NCBI RefSeq assembly: GCF_964204645.1
Contig: NC_134034.1
Span: 5,802,914 to 5,866,913 of the forward strand
DNA length: 64,000 bases
DNA from: Tubulanus polymorphus
Taxonomy: Eukaryota; Animalia; Nemertea
Direction of reading: 5' to 3'
The translations under genes and the position numbers were made by a program. Below, piece after piece: positions 1-13,952 of the stretch (positions are counted from its first letter, which is position 1; each line of letters starts with the position of its first letter). A model generated the notes under the pieces. That model worked only from the letters and a program-made list of their open reading frames with translations, was not told the DNA's origin and did not search any database.

Positions 1-582
1 ATCGATGAATATTCTCGAAAATTGAGCTTTAAATCGGCAAGAGAGACTGCCATTTTGTTCCAGTTTGTTTACTTCTTTATGCAAATGAGCAGTGTGTACC
101 ATGTGATCTGGGTAAGTTTATTTTTTATGGGGAGAGTACTTTGCTCGCACAAGTTTTACAACACGGGTACGGCCGCAATGGTTGCGCTATCATAGGCCTA
201 AATCATTTCCAAACTGCTTTGTTTTTATAGCTTTGACAAAGCCATGTTTATTTACTAAAACAGCGTTCTAGGGTAATATTGTGAGTCCTTGATTGGTCTC
301 TTGGCGACAAAAAGCTGCTTCATACTCCATGATATAATTGACATATCCTCGCCTCATTGCGCATGTGTGCAATGCCTCATTTGCATAGAGAAATAAGCAA
401 AAACGAAACAAATGGCGGTCTTTCTCGCCGATCTAAAGCTCAATTTTCAGGAATATTCATCAATCCTTCAAAACAGTGTAAAATAGATATAAAAACGATG
501 ATTTATCTGGACTGCACAATGACTGAACAGATTCGATTAAGACCTAAAAAGATCGTGGACAATCAAAAATAAATGGACTTTA
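1..582. mobile_element. Palindromic non-autonomous DNA element (Kolobok-like end), left part outside the window
   Basis: 1-60 (GATGAATATTCTCGAAAATTGAGCTTTAAATCGGC...) is the reverse complement of ~405-463. The right end reads ...ATGGACTTTA. Confidence 0.5.
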
Positions 583-646
583 GGTTAAAAATTGCTAGCT
601 AAATGCTAGCTAAATAGTATATAATAGTTAAAACCTGATAGGCCTA

Positions 647-1125
647 CAGTAGAACTGGCGTAAGTCGGACAGCTTTAAGTCGGCCCAAATTCCAAGGTCC
701 TGTTTTTTTAGGTTCATTTTCCTATCAAAATCTGTCCCAAAGTCGGATTCTAGAGGTGGGAAATTCGGCTAAAATATATATTACGAATGTTTCAATTCAA
801 TGAATTTTTCAATCCCTCAGTTTGACAGCTAATTTCAATTATTTAAAAAAAGATTGTTACTGGCACGCAGCGTCTAGGCATATGTGTACTGGTAGACGAT
901 TTTTAAGTCGACGGACGCATGTTTAACGCATGTTTACAATAGTAGTCTGCTATAGAATAGAGTATTGACCCATGTCACTCATTGGTTAAGGTTTAGGGTC
1001 TAATTCTGTATTTAATTCGGATTTTTCTTAGAAAACTCCCAAAATCCGACTTACCCATAATCGGAATTTTTCTAGGTTGGAACTTTTCCGTGGTCCCAAC
1101 GTGTCCGACAACGCCAGTTCTACTG
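647..1125. mobile_element. Tc1/mariner (pogo/Tigger-type) MITE, copy 1
   Basis: TIRs CAGTAGAACTGGCGT / ACGCCAGTTCTACTG, with TA on both sides. Confidence 0.85.
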
Positions 1126-1676
1126 TAAGAAACTCTCTCAAATTCAATTCAACTTTATGTTGGGTGAAAGGACTCATCTAGAATAGGGCTTAACACGACA
1201 GAAGAGCCTTCTTTCAATGAAAAGCTGCCTGAAAACATTCTGTCGCAAACTGAACATTTTGAAGAATCCCAAATACTTGTATCTTGGGTCTTTAAGCAAC
1301 CAACTTGAAAAATTGCCGATTTCGGCATTTTGTGAGAATAACTTACGTCTTCGACATTCAGCTCAACTACAAACTTCAAGTAGGGCCCTGTTTCTAAACT
1401 CTTGGATAAATTAATATGTCTAATTGATTCTTTGCATCACATAAGCCTTAAGTTAGAAGGAAAGTTAGTTTGGACACTTGGGGATGATAACAAGGCCTAT
1501 AGCCCACTTAAGATCATTGTTTAACTAATCTAGCTATCAAGACAATGCAGTTTAAAATGCCAAACCAATGGGTACACAGCAATTAAAGCTGTGATTATCA
1601 TCAAACAACACAATGCACTCACTCAGTCTCGCTACAATTTATGATGTACATTGAATGTTTTAAGAAAAGTCTTTTA

Positions 1677-2135
1677 AGCCTATCGCACATGGCGACTTTT
1701 TCGAGCAATTCTCGAGCAACCACCCCATTTGCTCGGTGTCGATCGAAAAAAATAGCATGTCTGTGGCAACGGGAGACAGCGATTCCTTGTTGTCGGAAGG
1801 ATTTGCTCCTCGTCACCCAGTATCAAACATGTTTGATATTGGGCGACGGAAAATCGCTCGGGAGTTACCCGCGTGCAGTAGCTGGAGACACCCAGTGACA
1901 AGCGACTCATCAACTAGCCAATGAGAGAGCGAATGATTATCATGTGATACTTCCAAATACCTCCGAGGCAGTAGCGCGACCATCTAGACAAATCACATGA
2001 TACTGATGTTTGCCGGGAAAGATAATTGATCCGTCGCCAGTGGTAGCAGACAGGAGACACCAAGCGATTGATTGCTCAGCATTGCTTAAAAATCAGTCGC
2101 AGCAATAGGCGACCAAAAACCGTGTGCGCCGGGCT
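1677..2135. mobile_element. PIF/Harbinger-type MITE
   Basis: Imperfect TIRs AGCCTATCGCACA / TGTGCGCCGGGCT. TTA flanks both sides (1674-1676, 2136-2138). Internal GGCGAC/GTCGCC motifs. Confidence 0.65.
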
Positions 2136-2869
2136 TTAGAAATAGGTGACACAGAAAGACACAATTTTCATAATTTGAGGGATTTCGTACCCTCAAAAAT
2201 GGATTTTGGAATTTGAGGGGTTTATGAGGGATTTGAGGGGCTGTAAGAACCCTGTCTGATGCAAAAATCGCGACGATATCAAGATAATAACAAGGCTAAC
2301 AACCCATTTTCTAGTGGAGACATAATACTACACTGAATTCCTGATTCATGACATTCTGAGTCTGAGACCAGGGCCAGACCTGATATTCTAATTTTAGGGG
2401 GCAGAGAAACCTGAAAAAGAGCAGTTCTATGGATTAGGCCTATTTTAAGGGGCGGATGATTTGATACGTGACGATTCATGCCAAGCAAGCCAAGAATATA
2501 TAGGCCAATAGGCCAACTTATTTTTCAGTGACCCTTTATCTAGAAGTGTCTGGTCAAATTTACTGAGAGCCCAAGGAAAAGGCAATGTGTTCATTAAAAT
2601 TTTATCATTTCTTTATGTTACCGATGTAAAAATGCCCATTTTATACTTTTTTAATGATGACAATGTAAATTTGCCTCTTTGGGCGACAAAATTTCACAAA
2701 TTGCTTTGTATAATTTTCTGAATGACATAGATAGAACATAGCCATGTGAGGTATCATCTTCACGGTTTAAATTGAGAATTTATTTCAAGGCATTTAAAAC
2801 AGATAAACATATGTAATACCTAACAGAATTAAAACACCAAGTCACCAAAATACAAGTCTCTAAGGATCT

Positions 2870-4700
2870 CCGAAACCATGAGTTTGTAGTCAACGGATAC
2901 CTCCACCTCTTCATTATCTGACCAATAGGCAATTGTGTATTCAATTTTACATCATTTCGTTTTTTTTGCACGATTTCACATATAAGATTTTCCCATGATA
3001 GACACACTCGTGGTAATCATCCTCAGTCCATGAATGATCAATATATTTATCTTTCAGTATAGCTGGATCATTGATGATAGAACGAATTTGTTCATCAGTA
3101 CCATCAAGTTCTCCTTCGGCTTCCTTAGAAACTAGGACCGCCTCGAATTGTCACGTAACATGGTTACATTCCTGTGTGTCTTTATTATGTTGCTTTGCCT
3201 TAATTCACAATTCTTTTTCGATAGTGATTTCATCCGATTGAAGTTTCCGGAGATTTCTTATATTACGTCCACGAGTGATGGCAAATCTGACTATTTTCTC
3301 CTGTATATTAGAGGCGGGATGACCTGAAGACACTGGAAAATTTCATCTACTGGCAATTCCTCACCGAAGATAATCGCTTTCGGCTGATAACGAGTCTAAA
3401 GGTTTCTCATTTAATGATTCCAAATTTTCAACGCAGCTTTTCGGATATGGCACCATCTCCAGGTTACTGAGGTTGTTTTGATTAGCATACAATTTTCGTA
3501 TCTATGGCCCAGTTATGACCTTTCCTAACAGTCCCAGCACCTGTAGATGAATAATTATGTGATCGCTCTTTAAATCCTCAATCAGTGTAGTTTTCAATGT
3601 CGTATTGTTGTTACAGGCTCACTTCAGGTAATGAAGTAATTTTTTGTGCAAGTAAAAGTATACACTACTTAAGTAAAATAATTACACACGTAACGGACAA
3701 TACCAAATGCTGCATTTTCACGTTTCATAAAATTTTTGAAACCAGGCGGGTCTCTTTTGCCGTCTTTAAACCTCATTTTGTTAAATGCTTTAATAACATT
3801 GACAACCTTACAACTACTACCGAATAGTTTTCCAATGAAATTATAACTTGTGTCAAAGTTCTTGAGAACTGTGATAGTTTTATGCGATAAACCATCCAAC
3901 GGATGATGATTACAATTCAGTTCTAGCCATTTCATCTCTAATTTTTCTTCGAGCTGAGTCACAACACAGTGGTTCACATTAAACCTATCAGATAGTTTTT
4001 AATATGACTTTTGAATGAGTTATAAGCATCAACAAATTCAGTCGTGAAATAATGCCTATGTCTCTGCAACTTCGTTTCAGAGAATCACTGATATGACTGA
4101 TATAATCCATTTGAGTGCCACCTCTTAATGTAGCAATCTGTAAAACATATCCAACCTGTCTATCATCTTCGTTTGAAACACAAATATGAACTTCATTAAT
4201 ATGTTCACCTTTCAGAGATGTGGCATCCCATGATGCCAAAGTTATGTTGTCATTATCAACTTGTAGTTCAGACATGATGCCCAATTCATATGCAAATTAA
4301 GAAAGAGTTGTTGGATATGCCTTGTTCAATTCAAGGGCAGTGAGTTCCTTGACGATGGGTTGCAATAGCCGACTAGTTGCCTCAACTGAAACTTGGTCAT
4401 TAAACAATGATATCCTGCTTTGCAATATGATACACTATAAGTTTTTTTTTTGTCCTTTTTCACATTAATTGAATTATCATCAGCACTCCTATCCATTTTA
4501 GCATCTTCAAATTGCAATGGTTAAGTCAGTAAACTCTGTTTGCAATGAAGCAAGCTGTGTCTTCAGCGCTGCATTATTCCATTCTAATTCAACTATATTT
4601 TTTTCTAACTCAGAAATATGTTTTTTGCTTCACACTTGTTTTTAGCAATTCCATTTTTGATTTCTTAATCTCTGCATAAAGACTATCAGCTTCCAGTTTA
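2870..4700 (-). pseudogene. Degraded DDE transposase-like gene (hAT/P/Kolobok-type CxxH clade, family unresolved)
   Basis: Successive frameshifted minus-strand pieces: WDATSLKGEHINEVH (3988-4284), ELNCNHHPLD...DPPGFKNF (3669-3977), LGLLGKVITGP* (~3505-3545). Many stops. Confidence 0.5.
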
Positions 4701-7700
4701 TTTCGCGAAGATTTAATCGTCCTTTTGCTTTATCTTTGAATCTCATACACAAATTTTTGATCTCGATTTCCTCTCTTCAGTCTTACTATTCAAAGCTTGA
4801 ATCAATTGAGCTTTGGTGGCAGCAAATGATGTAACCGACTTTAATTCTGAAAATTTTCTCCGGTAATTTCGGTTCGATTAACATATCTTTTTAACAGCTC
4901 CTCGGGGATGATAACAACTCGAACAATCAGCTCTTAACTTTTTCGGTGATGGCGAGTACACGAGTACATAGTTTCACAATCGCTTAGATGGTGTCGACGT
5001 AGACAATGGCGCGGAAATAAGTCCTGATGATTGGGAAAAATCTGCAGCTTGACCTTCTGATAACTGAGACCCAGAGAGATTTTCAGTCAATGATGACTGT
5101 TGAGATGTTGCAGATCTGGTTGCACTTAAATCCAAAGATTGACTGGAATGGACATGGGCAGTCTTCATCCAGAAACTTTGAAATAGAGTTCAAATTTCTG
5201 TTGATTTGTTTCTTTAAACTTTCAAGGTCCAGCACTTTTCGCCGTATATATACATAGAGCATCAAAATTACAATGGCAGAAATCCTGTGATAAATTCCTA
5301 ACTTCTTCACCAGGTGATTTGAATTGCTTTGCTGTCTTATTCAGGCTATGAAGATAGAACACTAGTCCAAGACGAACAGACATGTGGCTGAGTCAACCAG
5401 TTACAGGATCATAGTCATTCTTATACGACTCTATCAGATCACTTACTCGCTGTGCCATGATTATGAATTGTATAGTCCTAAAGAAAAACAAAATTGTATA
5501 AGCAAATAATATCAAAAATAAGAAAATTCAAATAAAAATGACATTCCACATTGTTTGTATTTTTTCAATATTCAGGTTCATGATCCAATGGGGAGATACT
5601 TGTAAAAAATGTCTCATGTGATATGAAGTCAAAAGAGGCCAAAGAACGAGGTATTAAAATTAAAGTGGACATGCTTGCGTCATAACAAAATTAACAAATA
5701 TGTTAAATATAATTTCAAATCCCCACTATTTTGACAGAAGAAAGCATGTAAACATTGTCATGTGTTTAGCCACGTGCTTATGATATTGTAGTGAACCAAT
5801 CAGGGTATCGCTTTGTGATCACGTGAACTAATTGTGCGCAAACGAGCCGGTTAGTAAACAATGTTCCAAGCGAAAAAAAACACGTATACTAAATGGAAAT
5901 ACATAAATGAGACATCAATTTGGCCGATAGATAACTACCCCTTAGTCCTATACCATTTTAAAGAATAAGAATGAATTCTTAAATCATTTTTCTTATCGAG
6001 AAATTTGATAGTCAAAGTTGACGAAATTTACGTGAAGAGCCGCCATATTGGCTTCCTCACTTGAGACCTTCATGATGGCGGCCTCCATGAAACTTGATTG
6101 AGTTCAAGGATGCACCCCAAAACGATGTTTTTAACTAAAAACAAGTCAAATTTTGTGTCTGGACTATTCTCAAAAGCGTCTTGGCATTCCTTTTATATGA
6201 AATAAAGACATGAAACTCACCTTTCTGCCGAAATTGCTGCCGATTTGTTATTTTTTGTCGTATCCAAAAAATTAAAATACCGCATGCAAAATTATAATTA
6301 CGCGCTTACAAAATCTCGTAGATTTACGTTGAAAAACGCAATTTCAGTGTGATTTTGAATTGTAAGTCTCCAGAGACTGTCAAAAAGTCTGCGATATTGT
6401 TGGGAATGATTTTTATTACCGCATCGCTCGATTGTAGCGACTGGTGCAAGTGCCTACAAAACAGTCCGCATTTTCAGCTGAATCAAGGCCTTTTCTAGTA
6501 GTTAGGGATTTCAAGTGAAAATTTTCCAAACACTATAGAAACAATTTAAAGGGCCTAAATGAAAGAAGGGTTTAATATAAGATCATAGCAATTTACAGAA
6601 ATAAAATCGGTTGCGCCGTTCAAAAGTTATGAAGGAATTTGTTGGCTGAAAATCACACTTCTCAGCCATAGAGTCTTCATTAGGAAATGAACTAAAGGTC
6701 ATAAGGTCAAATGGTGACCAAATGATCAATTTCTTAGTTAAGAAACAATTGAAAGTAGAAAAGAAACTTGTATATCTTTGGGAATTGTCATCCAATTTCA
6801 ATCAAACTATGGGAAAAATCAGAATAATAGTTTCCCTATTGATTATAAAACATAAACTAATAATTAATTAAGCCAATTAAGGGTAATTAGCTTAATTAAT
6901 TGGCTCATTGCCAGATCCAGGTATTCATCAGCTAAAAGCAGAGGATAAATGTTTACTTATTTGTGTTACAACTTTACAGGGATAAATATATGCGACCATA
7001 ATTTGTCGCAGACCTCGCAACACATAGAAATTGGTTGCCATGGTAACCACTATAGCAACAATTGATTCTTGGGATCAATATGGTTGCTGGCGCTCGGAAA
7101 GTATTTCAAACCCAAAAACGCATCATGATTGGTATCAAAATGACCGTATTTATCCCAGCTTCCTCTATTTAATCAGGATTCATGCATTCAGTTGATTGGT
7201 AAGAAAATATTAGAGATCGAATAAGAATTCTTGATTTTCAAATTTAGGCCAAGTTGTGTTAGGCCTATAGGATCTTCATAGCTGAAGAAGATCCAGAAGG
7301 AACCTTTATGGTATTTAAAGTACTCGAAGAAGGATTTATCAATTTACACTTTTATCTTTTGCAGGTGACTCCAAGAAATATGGTGAAGTTAAATAAGCCG
7401 AACCCATGTTGAAAAAATCATTATGCGAAATGTAGAATTGTAGGCAAATCCCTTAAAGCTTAGGCCTACCACTGGCTGAAGGGAGTAATTTAAACTGCAA
7501 CCTTCTTATCTGAATAAGCTTCAATAGATAAGTCAATGGATTTGTGGATTGAGAATTTGATTGCTTGTAATTAATCAAATACAGCAATTAGAAATTTTGT
7601 GGCCGCCCAAGTTCAAAGATGTTCATAAGAGTTTGGCCATTTCAATTGTAGCTTATAGTTGATTAGTAAAACATAAATAAATTATTATTTGATAAATAAA

Positions 7701-9523
7701 TATTGTATTTTCATTTCAGTTTAGTTTTTATATGGTCAGTTTTATTGGGGAGAGGCAGGGGGCTCATCTAGCTGCTTTTTCAGAATGATTGTTGAGCCGA
7801 GCGAGGTAGGCCTAAAAGGCCTTCAGAATAACACACGGGATTTCTTTAGCTTCATCGGTTACATCAACCCCAAAGTTGCTCAAAATAAAATTATTATCAT
7901 AAACTTCATTGATCCTGGGAGAAAATGACTTAAAACAACTTAAAACTAGCGTAAACAGCTGATTTACACATGTAAACAAACGCTAACGCGAACCCGGAAG
8001 TGAATGAAAATGCCCGGATGTAGCAATTTTTTCGATACTTTACAGCAACTTTACAGCAATTTCCGGGGAAGACGGCTTAACGAATCAAACTAAAACTGTT
8101 TGCTATATAAACTAAAACTACTATATTTTTACACCTGGGGGAGAACTAATTTCTAAATTTCATAATTTGATGAAATATATTGCATTTAAAACTTTATAGT
8201 GTCGCAAAATCGGTCAAATTGCCGGTACAAACAAGTACGGCATACCTGGATGTCAATCAAGAACTTTTGAAAACACCTGTGAAGGTTTCGTGATCCCCAG
8301 TCCCGCCCCTTTTTTGCGAGATCGCCTAGAGGTTGGGCATCTCAAAACTGCATTTTTCGAAATCCGCGGTGAAGAGTACACGCGCACCTGTCAATCAACA
8401 ATCTATAGTTGGCTGGAGTCCAACAGCTTGTAACTCGCGAACTACGCCGCGCATCAACATGGAATTTTCAACACAGTACAAGATGCTTATTATCTTCCCT
8501 CGAAAATTTAGTTCAAGTAAATCGGATGACAATTACTGAATTTATCAAGTTCATAACTTTTGAAGTGGGAAAAAACGGCACTATGGCCGGTTTTGATCAC
8601 GTGATCTGGAAACCCTATAGTAGTCATAGAATTAGATTTACGGCAGCGTCGTTTTTTTTATATGTGCCAATTTAATACCCCTGATATATGAACTACGTAT
8701 CTAAACACTTACATCAACATAAACAGTCAAATCGGTTCCATCTAGCAACATGACGCGACAAGTGATGCTATGTTTTGGCGGTCGATCCTCGACTATGCCT
8801 CTTTTGACACCACGACCTGTCCGGCGCCGACTCAGGAAACGTATCAAAGCAGCCATATTTTCTTTGTTGACTCAAAACTTTATAAGTTCCTTTTTTACGT
8901 TTACACAGCACACAGAGCAGAGGACGTGCCTTTTTGTTTGTGGATTTGTGGTCAGTCTTTTTTGTGTGTAGTAGGCCTAACACGTAAGTAAAAACAGGCG
9001 TTAATCCATCGCTACTGTTCATTTAAAAAAAACAACAACAAGAAAACCACCATAAAAGGGAGCTACAATAATTCCATGCTGTTGCTTCCAGCTTAGTTTT
9101 GGGAGATCTTGAGATTTTACCGACAAGAAGATAAAAACGAAAAATAAAGTTTCAGCCCAAATATCGCCAATACGCATGCGCCATTCAAATCAATTCAATT
9201 CAAAATTATATTTATTAATAAAATGCATTTTATTGTTCCATACAAAAACAGGAATTCATCGCAATATTGTAACGTCAAAAAACAAAGTGACCCACTATGT
9301 TGACAAATATATGCAAATTTACAGGAGTAAAAGAATCAATATTCTAGACTGGTTACCGGTCTCTATCTCCATATTGAATGGGACAGGCAACCAGTCTATC
9401 AATATACCGGTAACTCAAATCAACAAGGGTAGCTCCAATAATATCCAAACATTAGCAGTCAGCCATATCCGTGCTGGACTGGTCTCCACCTTCGGTTAAG
9501 CAACCGATTTTTGCGGGGTGTTA

Positions 9524-9727
9524 CTAAAACTATGCACTACTAAAACGAAGACCGAAGACCTATGCACTTTGCGAGACTAAAACTATGCATGACTAAAACG
9601 AAGACCGAAGACCTATGCACTTTGCGAGACTAAAACTATGCATGACTAAAACGAAGACCGAAGACCTGTGCACTTTGCGAGACTAAACCTATGCATGACT
9701 AAAACGAAGACCGAAGACCTATGCACT
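9524..9727 (+). repeat. 53-bp tandem repeat (~4 copies) at the left terminus; ~3 inverted copies at ~21007-21156
   Basis: Unit CTAAAACTATGCATGACTAAAACGAAGACCGAAGACCTATGCACTTTGCGAGA starts at 9524, 9577, 9630 and 9683. Confidence 0.9.
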
Positions 9728-9904
9728 CATTAGAAATCATAACTAGGGGCGCTATCTGTATATTCAACCACCTCTGTCGATGAGTATAGGCAATAGGGAC
9801 CTACTCGATATAAACATACATAAGGAAAAGTAAAATGTTCGTTTATTTTTCTCGGTTGCATAGGTCTTCGTTTTAGTAGTGCATAGCTTTAGTAACACCC
9901 ACAC

Positions 9905-11720
9905 ACACAAAACTAAAACTATGCATGACTAAAACGAAGACCTATGCACTTTGACAAAACTTACTTCAAACTGGAATTATTCACGCAACCACTTCGGGGA
10001 AGCTCCAGTTACGACTATGCCGACAAATGTACGTATTTACGACGAATGAAACGAAGTTTTCATCTATAAATGTGCGATTTCTATTATATTCGATTTGCTG
10101 CGTTGTCGTGGCTAATACATTATTTTCACAAATAATTGTTTACGATTCTATTCTTCTATCAATACTCTACACTCCGCTCGAGGCGGATCTCATCTTGAGA
10201 CCGTAATAATATTACCGACTCGAGTGATATCTGAGTTGGATGTCTCGTATTTTATAAAGTTGTCCAAAATTTTTCCAAAAACATCTTAGAATCGAACGGT
10301 TATCCGGGATGATCGGATCCTGATCGATCGAAGTCCACTGTTGTAGGAGTACGCGTTATTGTGACTGATAAATTACTCGCCATTAACCAAAATTGAACTG
10401 GGTGCATAGGTCTTCGTTTTAGTAGTGCATAGTTTTAGTAACACCCACACACACAAAACTAAAACTAAGCATGACTAAAACGAAGACCTATGCACTTTTA
10501 CAAAACTTACTTCAAACATGGAATTCTTCACGCAAGCACTTCGGGGAAGCTCCAGTTACGACTATGCCGACAAATGTACGTATTTACGACGAATAAAACA
10601 GAGTTTTCATCTATAAATGTGCGATTTCTATTATATCCGATTTGCTGGCTAATATATCATTTTCACAAATAAATGTTTAAAAGATTCTATTCTTCTATTA
10701 ATACTCTACACTCCGCTCGAGCCGGATCTCATCTCGTGACCGTAATGATATGACCGACTCGAGTGATATCCGAGTAGGATGTCATGTATTTTATAAAGCT
10801 GTCCAAAATTTTTCAAAAAACATCTTAGAATCGAACGGTTATCCGGGTTGATCGGATCCTGATCGATCGAAGTCCACTGTTGTAGGAGTACGCGTTATTG
10901 TGACTGATTAATTATTCGCCATTAACCAAAATTTAACTGGGTGCATAGGTCTTCGTTTTAGTAGTGCATAGTTTTAGTAACACCCACACACGCAAAACTA
11001 AAACTATGCATGACTAAAACGAAGACATATGCACTTTTACAAAACTTACTTAAAACATGGAACTCTTCGCGCAACCACTTCGGGGAAGCTCCAGTTACGA
11101 CTATGCCGACAAATGTACGTATTTACGACGAATAAAACGAAGTTTTCATCTATAAATGTGCGATTTCTATAATATAAGATTCGCTGCGTTGTTATGGCTA
11201 ATACATCATTTTCACAAATAAATGTTTAGGATTCTATTCTTCTATTAATACTCTACACTCCGTTCGGGCCGGATCTCATCTTGGGACCGCAATGATATGA
11301 CCGAATCGAGTGATATCAGTGTAGGATGTCATGTATTTTCTAAAGTTGTCCAAAATTTTTCAAAAAACATCTTAGAATCGAATGGTTATCCGGGTTGATC
11401 GGTTCCTGATCGATCGAAGTCCACTGTTGTAGGAGTACGCGTTATTGTGACTGATTAATTATTCGCCATTAACCAAAATTCAACTGGGTGCATAGGTCTT
11501 CGTTTTAGTAGTGCATAGATTTAGTAACACCCACACACGCAAAACTAAAAAACTATGCATGACTAAAACGAAGACCTATGACTTTTACAAAACTTACTTC
11601 AAACATGGAATTATTCACGCAACCACTTCGGGAAAGCTCCAGTTACGACTATGCCGACAAATGTACGCATTTACGACGAATAAAACGAATTTTTCATCTA
11701 TAAATGTGCGATTTCTATTA
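9905..11720 (+). repeat. ~540-bp tandem units (3 full + 1 partial) in the left arm
   Basis: GGGTGCATAGGTCTTCG recurs at 10400, 10939 and 11486. The same MHFYKTYFKHG-type chance ORFs recur in the units. Confidence 0.9.
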
Positions 11721-11938
11721 GGCCAAAAATGCATTTTTTCTCATGATTTTGAAATCCCGCCCGCATCGGAAAAATCATCGGGAAATTAGATGAAAATAAT
11801 GTCCATCCTCCCGCATCATAGCTCGAAGATAAATGTGTTTTTTTTATAAGAATTAAAATCCCCCCACCCGCATTGATATACTAACCATATCGTCATCTTT
11901 TTATCATTTTATTATTTCTCTATGAACGTATCGAGAAG
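11721..11938 (+). mobile_element. Truncated copy of the GGCCAAAAA MITE in the left arm
   Basis: Reverse complement of ~19220-19435, inserted at the same position of the 540-bp unit. Confidence 0.75.
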
Positions 11939-12428
11939 TTTCGTTTTAGTAGTGCATAGTTTTAGTCTAATCTCAACCTTGGGGAATTAGTTATGTAACC
12001 ATTTCAAAGACCTATGAAACCAATGGAGTGTCTAAGTTTTTCATTATGAATTACTGTTCGTTGGTTTCTACCGCGTTAAAAAAGGAGTGGTGTACGGGGA
12101 TTGTAGTAGAGGGTAAAGTGGTTGGTCCTGTCTAAAAGAATGTATGGCCCTTAAAAACGTTCCACTCTGACATCGCCCTCCAATTCATTTTGCGAAAATT
12201 GAAGCCAGTTTAAATATTGGGTGTCTGGAGTCAAGTTGTTTATTGCTGTACGTGACACTGGGTGTCCGTTTTCTGCTGTGTAGCACTTATGCACTCATCG
12301 ATTCACCTTAAAATTGTCACCACACCTTATTTTGGCGAATAAACTGACGTGGATCGTTAGTCAAGCCCACGCAATGGGAACTACAACTATGTACATTTGT
12401 ACGACTAAATTGAAGACATATGCACCAA

Positions 12429-12782
12429 ACGTGGCATCCTCGCTTGGCAGGTTTTAATTGCCGCCCGCCGGAAGTTCACGCCAACACATACCCTTGCCGC
12501 AAACCCTCTATTGTTCTTATTACATCGCCCACGATTTCTCGGGTGGAAAGGTTCCCGCTCAGCGCCTACCAGTCTATATTCTAGCCAATCAGATGCGTTT
12601 TTCCTGGCACAACGTTTGCTCTATAAATACCACGCATCTGATATGTATACTGAGTGGGAACCTGTCCGCACGAAAAATCGTGGGCGATGTAGTAGACCAG
12701 TAAAGGGTTTGCAGCAAAGGTTTGTGTTGGCGTGAGCTCCAGCGGGTGGCCATCAAACCTTGGCAAGTGAGGATGCAAACGT
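12429..12782. repeat. ~350-bp imperfect palindrome with CCAAT and TATA motifs in its centre
   Basis: Arms ~12429-12562 and ~12650-12782 (e.g. CACGCCAACACA / TGTGTTGGCGTG; TACATCGCCCACGATTT / AAATCGTGGGCGATGTA). CCAAT at 12585, TATAAATA at 12622. Confidence 0.75.
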
Positions 12783-13843
12783 GCACCAAACGCTGTCAAC
12801 AGCTGTGCGTTTGTCCAGAACGTGGAAGTTAAAAGACACCTAAAAAATTCAGTTGTCCAGTATGCCAGCCGAATCAGCGTATCGGAAAATGAGGCCAACC
12901 ACTCCTCCAAAGGGCATCAGCTCTTTGACAAAAAGATATAATGTCCTTAAAAACAAGCCTGACTATAAAAAATGAACTTCTCGCGTAATTTTATTTAAAG
13001 AAAAACAATACAGTTTGACGTGGGCTAATCCTGACTTTGACTATCAAAAAAAGTATTTACTCAGGTTTGCACAGATTATGGAGCACAACCGGCCTGGGCA
13101 GAGACTTTTTACCAAGGGACTATCCATTTATAACGTACGCAAAAACTTAGACCCACCTCCTTTCCTAGTACCTATTTGTATGTAAGTTTATGCGGCGCAC
13201 GTACTCCACCAACATTTCGCGGACCAACCCCCCTAGCCCACATCCACACGCTCATATGTTACACCCTGAGCAGAATTACATTTTAAAATACATTAAGGTG
13301 CATACAATACGCAACACTCTTTCACCCCCTCCCCTTTTGTTTACAATTGCATGCAATTTAATAAGATACCCTCCCACCCAACAACGCGTACATAATAAAT
13401 GTATACCCCACAACTAATCATACTTAAAATACCTTTAACTGAAATCCATAACTGGTTGATTTCTTTAATATCTTCGTGCTTATAATAATGCTAATAAAAA
13501 CCTTGCTATACCCTATACCCTTAGTGCCTACCATCAAATAGAATTATGGTTTCGCATATCTTAAAACGTATAATTATATGTTACAGATCATAAGATGCTT
13601 CACTTTTGTTATCAATCACATGCTATCAATGGATACTAATTATCATGGTTCTATAGTACATGTAATTGTTGTATACGAGGCTCTATAGTACCAACATAAA
13701 CAAACCACCGCGCAATCGGCATGAAACTTAAAATTCGAACCTGGTTCACTAGTGTAACACTAAAAAGATAGGATGGTTTAATACCTGGGAATGTAAATAT
13801 ATCGCTTCTCTTTTAATAAAGTCGATTTATGCCTGTAGCTTCA

Positions 13844-13952
13844 CGTCTTCCCTCGGCAGGGATTCGAACCTGATGGCATTGCTACACTCAGCCACGCACT
13901 TACCGTGGCAAACCTCGATGCCATCAGCTTCGAATCCTAGCCGGGGAGGATG
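13844..13952. mobile_element. Mini MITE with 9-bp TSD and B-box-bearing TIRs (short copy)
   Basis: TSD GTAGCTTCA at 13835-13843 and 13953-13961. Ends CGTCTTCCC / GGGAGGATG. Confidence 0.8.

Noticed and set aside
9524-9727. CRISPR-like short repeats
   Set aside because: A pure tandem repeat with no unique spacers; part of a transposon terminus.
10490-11789. Recurrent MHFYKTYFKHG ORFs (also 19367-19579 and 20606-20788) as a peptide gene family
   Set aside because: They recur only because the DNA unit is repeated. Lengths vary, and other units carry stops or frameshifts.
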